Source: Octopus bimaculoides
Taxonomy: Eukaryota
DNA: 42,450 bases
Assembly: GCF_001194135.2 (NCBI RefSeq)
Contig: NC_068988.1
Span: 23,752,708 to 23,795,157, forward strand
Direction of reading: 5' to 3'
Under the pieces are notes generated by a model that was given only the letters and a program-made list of their open reading frames with translations, did no database searches and had not been told where the DNA came from. Below, in pieces: positions 36,215 through 42,450 of this stretch (its first letter is position 1; the number at the start of each line of letters is the position of its first letter). The position numbers were made by a program, and so were the translations under genes.

Positions 36215-36982
36215 GGTAGAGTGTTGTTTTACCAAAAGATTGGTTGTTTTTAGCACATTCACGAATGTTACGTTGGGCTTTGCGTCAGCGCATAATCTGA
36301 GATCTGGACGGCACCTTTGCTCTCGCATTTTTCAAAAAACCTTTCAACGGTCTGTCAGCACCAATGCGGTTTCTGCCACCACCAACCATCTTTCTCCTGG
36401 AAGCTGACGTTGGTTGCACACCAATTGTCTTCATACTGACTAGAGCAGGGGTTCTCAAACTGTGGTCCGCAAGGACAAGACAGGGGGTCCGTGGACAGCA
36501 AATACTTTTTATGGGCAATTTGATTTTATATATGTTTTTTAATCGAAATCTTTTAATTGACAATAACCTATTTGTTAAATACTGTTAAATAAATAATTGT
36601 AAAAATATGTTATTTTCAGCAAATATTTATGTATAAATTTCATAAGCGTTTATAAGGTAAAGCCTGAAATATAAAGAGGTCCGCAAGTCAAAAAGTTTGA
36701 AAACCCCTGGACTAGAGATTTCTGTTTCTGGAAAAAAAAAAAATTTCGCGAGCCGCCTTTCATAATATTCTCCAGTCTTGTGACGATGAAGTCGACCAGT
36801 TGGATCACATTATAAGCCTTGATCCTTTCGAGGATCTGATCCTTCATTATCCGCATTGCTGCCTCTGCGTAGCTGTTTGTGTTGTTGTTTCAAACATTCA
36901 GGTCAACTCAATAACACACACTGCGGACAATGTCTTTTTGGCAGTTGCTATCGTCTGCGATAACATTGTGGGACGTATACCT
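36215..36982 (-). pseudogene. MULE-type transposase remnant, internally deleted and interrupted by a hAT MITE
   Basis: Minus strand VCY*VDLNV*NNNTNSYAEAAMRIMKDQILERIKAYNVIQLVDFIVTRLE ... IGVQPTSASRRKMVGGGRNRIGADRPLK ... ECAKNNQSFGKT. I recall these motifs from SWIM-associated MULE transposases; not searched. Confidence 0.72.
36446..36709. mobile_element. hAT (Charlie-like) MITE, 264 bp
   Basis: TIRs CAGGGGTTCTCAAACT and AGTTTGAAAACCCCTG (15/16). Perfect 8-bp TSD GACTAGAG at 36438-36445 and 36710-36717. Confidence 0.95.
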
Positions 36983-37616
36983 AATGAAATCGACTCAGTC
37001 CTTCACTGGTACTTTTAATGCCAACGATTTTATCGATAAGAGATCAAAACTGCAATTATTATCGTGATTGGGATTGTTTATTGCCGAAATATCAAAATAG
37101 TTTTGTTTCCATTCTATTTCTAATATACTTTGTAGTGCTTTAACTCTTTTGTTAACTTTATTTCACAAGACTTCAAAGAAACATTACCCTAATACAAAAA
37201 CAGACCCACGCACGCGCACGCAGGCATATATACACACACACACTCTTTCTCTCTCTCTCTCTCTCTCACTCACGCACGCACACACACACACACACGTACA
37301 CACATTCACACGCCTGTTTTATTCTGTAGTACGTTAGAGAATAACAAATGGCCATTGCTAACGTGTCAACAACCTCTCTTTTCTTCTCTCTCTCTCTACA
37401 TACACACATACACACGCGCATGTACGCACATACGTATGTATGTATGTATGTATGTATGTATGTATGTATATAGGTTTTTATCTATGTAAGTACGTTTTGT
37501 ATGTATAAATATATCTACAAATTTGTAGACAAATTTATATACACGATAGCTGAATGCATTAAAGACTAAATATGATTTCATTAAGTTCGAAGCTGCTAAA
37601 TATACTTATGTTTATG

Positions 37617-37639
37617 TATATGTGTGTGTGTGTGTGTGT

Positions 37640-37684
<45 letters not shown>
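37617..37684. repeat. (TG)n microsatellite
   Basis: Direct reading. Confidence 0.97.
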
Positions 37685-38743
37685 NNNNNNNNNNGCATGC
37701 GTCTGAGTTTGTTTTGTTTTGCGTATGTATGTATTTATCTCTCTATTAAGTGGTATATTTTACTGCAATAAACTTTACCCAAAGCTGTCGAGTCATGTTC
37801 AGTTTAACACTCCAGTCCCATATCCCTGTTGCGATAACCATAACAATATTATCGAGTAGGGACAGGCCAGATTGTTATGAATATGAATCCCGCAATGGCG
37901 GACAGCTACTGCATGAGGTGGAAACGTTTTACAAATATTCATATTTTGAAATGTCGACGGACGAGGATACCATTACGTTAGAGATTTCCTAATGTAACTA
38001 CTTCAAACATTCGTATTTAATGCATTCAACATTTGAATTGGTGGGTATTCAATATACAAATCTGTGTGCGCGACGTGTGCGAGTGTGTGTTTGTGTTTGT
38101 GTGTTATCCTGGTAGTAGCGGTAGTGGTGGTGGTGGTAGTGATGGTGGTGGTGGTGGTGTGTGTGTGTTATATACGGCTTCGTAGCTGTTCAGATTTAAT
38201 GCTATGATCTTCGCTGTAAAACCGATAAATTCCAATCCACAAGACATTATTAATTAGATACATTGAGTAATTATGCCACCTCACCGTGGACAGAAAAAGT
38301 GATATCAGCTGGAACATTTTAAACCCCGAATAAACTTTCATAGATGCCTTCTAACACTAGACAGTGATATTATATAATAATATCAGTGAGGACTTTACTA
38401 AGTCGGACAAACCAACTTGCATACATAGCGTTGCTCGTTACAATCATTGATTTATGCTTTATTTATGTTATAATTTCTTACGGAATAATGTTTTGCAATA
38501 CACACATTATCATTACAGAAGATGCTTACAAGATCCCAAGGTGGACTGACGCCGTTTCAGCTGAGCCATTCGTTTCTCTCTCCGTTGAAATTGTATAAAA
38601 TTATGTTCGTTCAGGATTCTCCTGTTTACTTATTTTGGTTTAACTTATAACACTCTCTACGAGTTGTAACTTAGAAGCGTATTCGGTAGATGGGTGTACA
38701 CCCACACCCATCTACACCCCACACAGACATTCATATGTACACA

Positions 38744-38776
<33 letters not shown>

Positions 38777-38868
38777 CACACATTAACAAGTGTATTTACG
38801 CAGAAAAATACATACATCCCCGTCAACAACCCTGATATACATAAGTGTATACGTACAAGCATGCAAGC

Positions 38869-39246
38869 ATGAGACAACAAAGCCGAGTCAGTGTGATATT
38901 TCTAGGATATTTTATGAATAGAAGGGTAGTTCTACAGCTGTTTCAGGGATATAAAGGATATATATCGTCAGAGACGATATGACAGTGAAAGAGAAGGAAA
39001 TAGTAGATTTCAATATAAGAAGTTATTTTGAAAAGTGAGAGATATAGGAAGCATAAAGGGAAATAAGAGAATAAAAATAAAGATATATGTTGGATGTTGT
39101 CTCATTTGAATTAATCTATACACTCTCACACACGACCCGCGTTAGACTCCTCACTCATACTATTATCGAACCGGGAATCTAACAGCTGTCCTTCCGTAGC
39201 ACTTACGTAGCCTCATCTGCCTTTTCGATCTCCTGGATACCAAAAC
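38869..39246 (+). mobile_element. second, collapsed copy of the 7019-7813 element
   Basis: 38869-39098 matches the antisense arm (reverse complement of about 7440-7674), then jumps at tgtt to gtctcat and the unique segment homologous to 7675-7813. Confidence 0.8.
38929..38973 (-). ncRNA. degenerate hammerhead ribozyme
   Basis: Reverse strand gtct-CTGACGA-tatatcctttatatccct-GAAA-C-AGCT-G-TA-gaac. Core and palindromic helix III are intact; helix II is shortened and helix I mismatched. Confidence 0.6.
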
Positions 39247-39339
39247 TTCTCATATCAATATCTGTGTGTTTGTGTGTGTGCATGTATGTGTATGTGTATG
39301 TGTACGCATGTATATTTATATATACAATACAAACATGAA

Positions 39340-39530
39340 CAAGCAAGAAAAAAACACGAAAAAACAACAACGCGAGGACATGGAATAAGTACTGTGTTAT
39401 TGGACGCTCAGGAAAGGAAAGAAAGGAAAGAGATTTCACGTTTCTAGCGGAGCTCTTCATCGGAAATATAGAAAAATCCAAAGAACGGAAGACAGAGAAA
39501 GAAAATCCCCAACGATACACACGCGGTCAC
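39340..39530 (-). mobile_element. second hammerhead-bearing repeat (Penelope-like pLTR fragment?)
   Basis: Pyrimidine-rich minus strand containing attt-CCGATGA-agagctccgcta-GAAACGT-g-aaat at 39433-39467. Confidence 0.45.
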
Positions 39531-39935
39531 ATATATGTATATATAAATGTATGCATATATAAACATATGTATATATATATATATATATATATNNNNNNNN
39601 NNNNNNNNNNNNNNNNNNNNNNNNNNNNNNNNNNNNNNNNNNNNNNNNNNNNNNNNNNNNNNNNNNNNNNNNNNNNNNNNNNNNNNNNNNNNNNNNNNNN
39701 NNNNNNNNNNNNNNNNNNNNNNNNNNNNNNNNNNNNNNNNNNNNNNNNNNNNNNNNNNNNNNNNNNNNNNNNNNNNNNNNNNNCTGCTCGAAGGTTATTT
39801 ATCTAATTTCAGTGGAATCTATCCACTGGTTTTCAGAAATAGAGTTATTAATATTTCTAAGTCTCTCTAAAGGAGACTACGGCAGCGGTACTGGAAATTA
39901 ATAGTTATCGCCAAGCCAACATGGCAGTCCCAAAA

Positions 39936-39968
<33 letters not shown>

Positions 39969-40388
39969 ATCGAGTTGTCATGCATTCAATTGAAACGCAT
40001 GCACATCTACACAGCAACAAGTGTATTTACACAGAAAAATACGTCCACTCATAATAGTAATGTTGGTAAGTACATCTGTACACACACACACACAATTAAA
40101 CACGTGCACATATGCACACTCAGGTGTATTAGCACATGCATTCACACACACTTGGTCACACACGCATTTATATATACACAATAGAAAAATTCGAATGCAA
40201 TACTAATTGAGTTATTTAAAAGCAAGCAGACGCTCATTCGCGTGCAACAATGGTCCACATACAAGCAACCATCATATATTCTGACAAAAGGAATATAATC
40301 ATGCTCACACACACATCAGAATACAACGATGCAGGTACACATACTTATGCACTAATACAAACGCACATACACATATATGTATGTGTAT

Positions 40389-40422
<34 letters not shown>

Positions 40423-42159
40423 ATAGAGATAATCATATTCACACAAATATATTTTGAGGAAAATGCGTCCATCCACAACGACATAACGGGAAACACATCA
40501 CTAAATATACATAAAATGTGTTTGTATATTATCGGATATATATGAATATGTATAAATATGCATATATATATATATATATGTATATATATATGTATATGCA
40601 TGCTTGTATACATATACATACATACATACATTCATACATACATATACATACATACATATATACATATAAATATATACGTATATATTATATAATATAACAT
40701 ATATTGTTTATTTGTGAATTATATATATATATATATAAATATATATATATATGTATATAACATATAATATGTGACATAAATATATATTTACATATAAATA
40801 AATAAATAAATATATATATATATATATATATATTTTGTGAATATATATCTATNNNNNNNNNNNNNNNNNNNNNNNNNNNNNNNNNNNNNNNNNNNNNNNN
40901 NNNNNNNNNNNNNNNNNNNNNNNNNNNNNNNNNNNNNNNNNNNNNNNNNNNNNNNNNNNNNNNNNNNNNNNNNNNNNNNNNNNNNNNNNNNNNNNNNNNN
41001 NNNNNNNNNNNNNNNNNNNNNNNNNNNNNNNNNNNNNNNNNNNNNNNNNNNNNNNNNNNNNNNNNNNNNNNNNNNNNNNNNNNNNNNNNNNNNNNNNNNN
41101 NNNNNNNNNNNNNNNNNNNNNNNNNNNNNNNNNNNNNNNNNNNNNNNNNNNNNNNNNNNNNNNNNNNNNNNNNNNNNNNNNNNNNNNNNNNNNNNNNNNN
41201 NNNNNNNNNNNNNNNNNNNNNNNNNNNNNNNNNNNNNNNNNNNNNNNNNNNNNNNNNNNNNNNNNNNNNNNNNNNNNNNNNNNNNNNNNNNNNNNNTATA
41301 TATATACTTATATATATATATATATATACTTATATATATATATATGCATGTAATAATAATATATGTAATAGATATATGATATATATATTTAAATACACCC
41401 ACCCACACACACACACATATATATATACACACACGTTTGTAAGTGTGTGTGTGTATGTTTGTATGCATAAATATATTAAACGAATGTATATACAAATAAA
41501 CACACCTATATACTGACATATGTACAGATAGTAAGTCAGACAATCCTATAGATGCCAATCGCATAATTTCCTTTTTATAACCAGTGATGTCTTCCATATT
41601 AGTTAAGGACGATTTAATTTGTAATGCTTCTATTAAATTGTTTACGACTCCGACGAAGAATATTGCTGATAAACTATACATTTGCTTCCTATATATATAT
41701 AATATATTTAGCCGCTTCGAAATTAATGAAATCATATATATTTAGTCATTGATGCATTCAGCTATCGATTGATCTCTAGCATAAGATTCCTCGTGGTTAA
41801 TGTGATCAATGGTGTTAAGAGGGTTGTGCGCATGTGTATGGATGTACCTTTGTGTGTGTGTGTGTGTGTAAGTGTGAGAAAGACGTGTGTGTGCGTGTGG
41901 GTAATGTTTAGCCGCACGGACAGAACGCTGGATTACAACGTTTCCAATATGCCGTTTTGATTTCTGCTTGAAAATTGTCTGATTTGCTTGCATGCTGAAT
42001 GCTCTGGGATAGATCATCACTGTCAAAACTCGTTGTTTTCATCTTATTAAATCTGGATTTAGTTGTTGTCATTGCTGTTGTTGTTTTTGGTGATCTCAGG
42101 TCACACAAACGTGTATACAAACATTGGGTAATTATAACGATTCTCTCATCTCACTCCCT

Positions 42160-42168
42160 CTTCTCCCC

Positions 42169-42210
<42 letters not shown>
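42160..42210. repeat. (CT)n microsatellite
   Basis: Direct reading. Confidence 0.95.
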
Positions 42211-42214
<4 letters not shown>

Positions 42215-42450
42215 ACATACATATACACATACATATACACTTACATATACATATATATATATGCAGCACAGAATATTGTCAGTGAACAGGTCGCGGTCTC
42301 AAAGCGACGAAAATATTCTGACAAATTAAATTTAAACGTTGAAGTAAATCTAACGGATTTTGTGTGTTATTTTAAATGGCTTATAAACACCTTCCACGCT
42401 GCAATTGTTTTCGTTCCAGCACACGATCTCAGATCAGGTCACTTGCTATG

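Larger units (their letters stand above)
1397..41296. other. about 14 assembly gaps (e.g. 1397-1893, 5289-5298, 7815-7918, 9608-10074, 10842-10883, 22369-23037, 28681-29158, 40853-41296)
   Basis: N runs, mostly bordered by (TA)n, consistent with short-read scaffolding failing at long TA arrays. Confidence 0.97.

Noticed and set aside
37860-37980. MADSYCMRWKRF, resembling a Tramtrack-type BTB start, and the overlapping 80-aa ORF
   Set aside because: Similarity is limited to a few residues, the frame closes quickly, and there are no convincing splice sites.
1122-41735. Long ORFs in the six-frame track (150-315 aa), including His/Asp/Glu-rich ones
   Set aside because: They run through N gaps or di/trinucleotide microsatellites (poly-YI, HT, CV, L, D); no protein signal.

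Overview
AT-rich animal genomic DNA, most likely octopus (inferred from the dense (TA)n/(CA)n/trinucleotide microsatellites and SINE types I recognise from memory as octopus-like). About 14 N-gaps, mostly flanked by (TA)n. No intact protein-coding gene, rRNA, tRNA gene or CRISPR array can be supported. Most long ORFs in the track are artefacts of N-runs or microsatellites. The interpretable content is decayed mobile DNA: a mariner derivative with about 230-bp inverted arms, three tRNA-head SINE families (my labels A, B, C; about 19 copies, mostly on the minus strand), 3' fragments of two restriction-like-endonuclease (RLE) non-LTR retrotransposons (CRE-like and R4/Dong-like), a Helitron helicase 3' end with hairpin and CTAG, Mutator-like (MULE) derivatives whose terminal repeats carry octamer+CCAAT motifs, a hAT MITE with a perfect 8-bp TSD, and a small MITE-like fold-back. 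The most interesting signal is an apparently intact minimal type I hammerhead ribozyme (7563-7610). It has a palindromic helix III and lies in a ~615-bp palindrome that also carries its degenerate antisense twin. A collapsed second copy of the element and a second hammerhead-like family lie at 38.9-39.5 kb. The architecture resembles Penelope-like elements/retrozymes. All family assignments come from motif recognition, without database searches.
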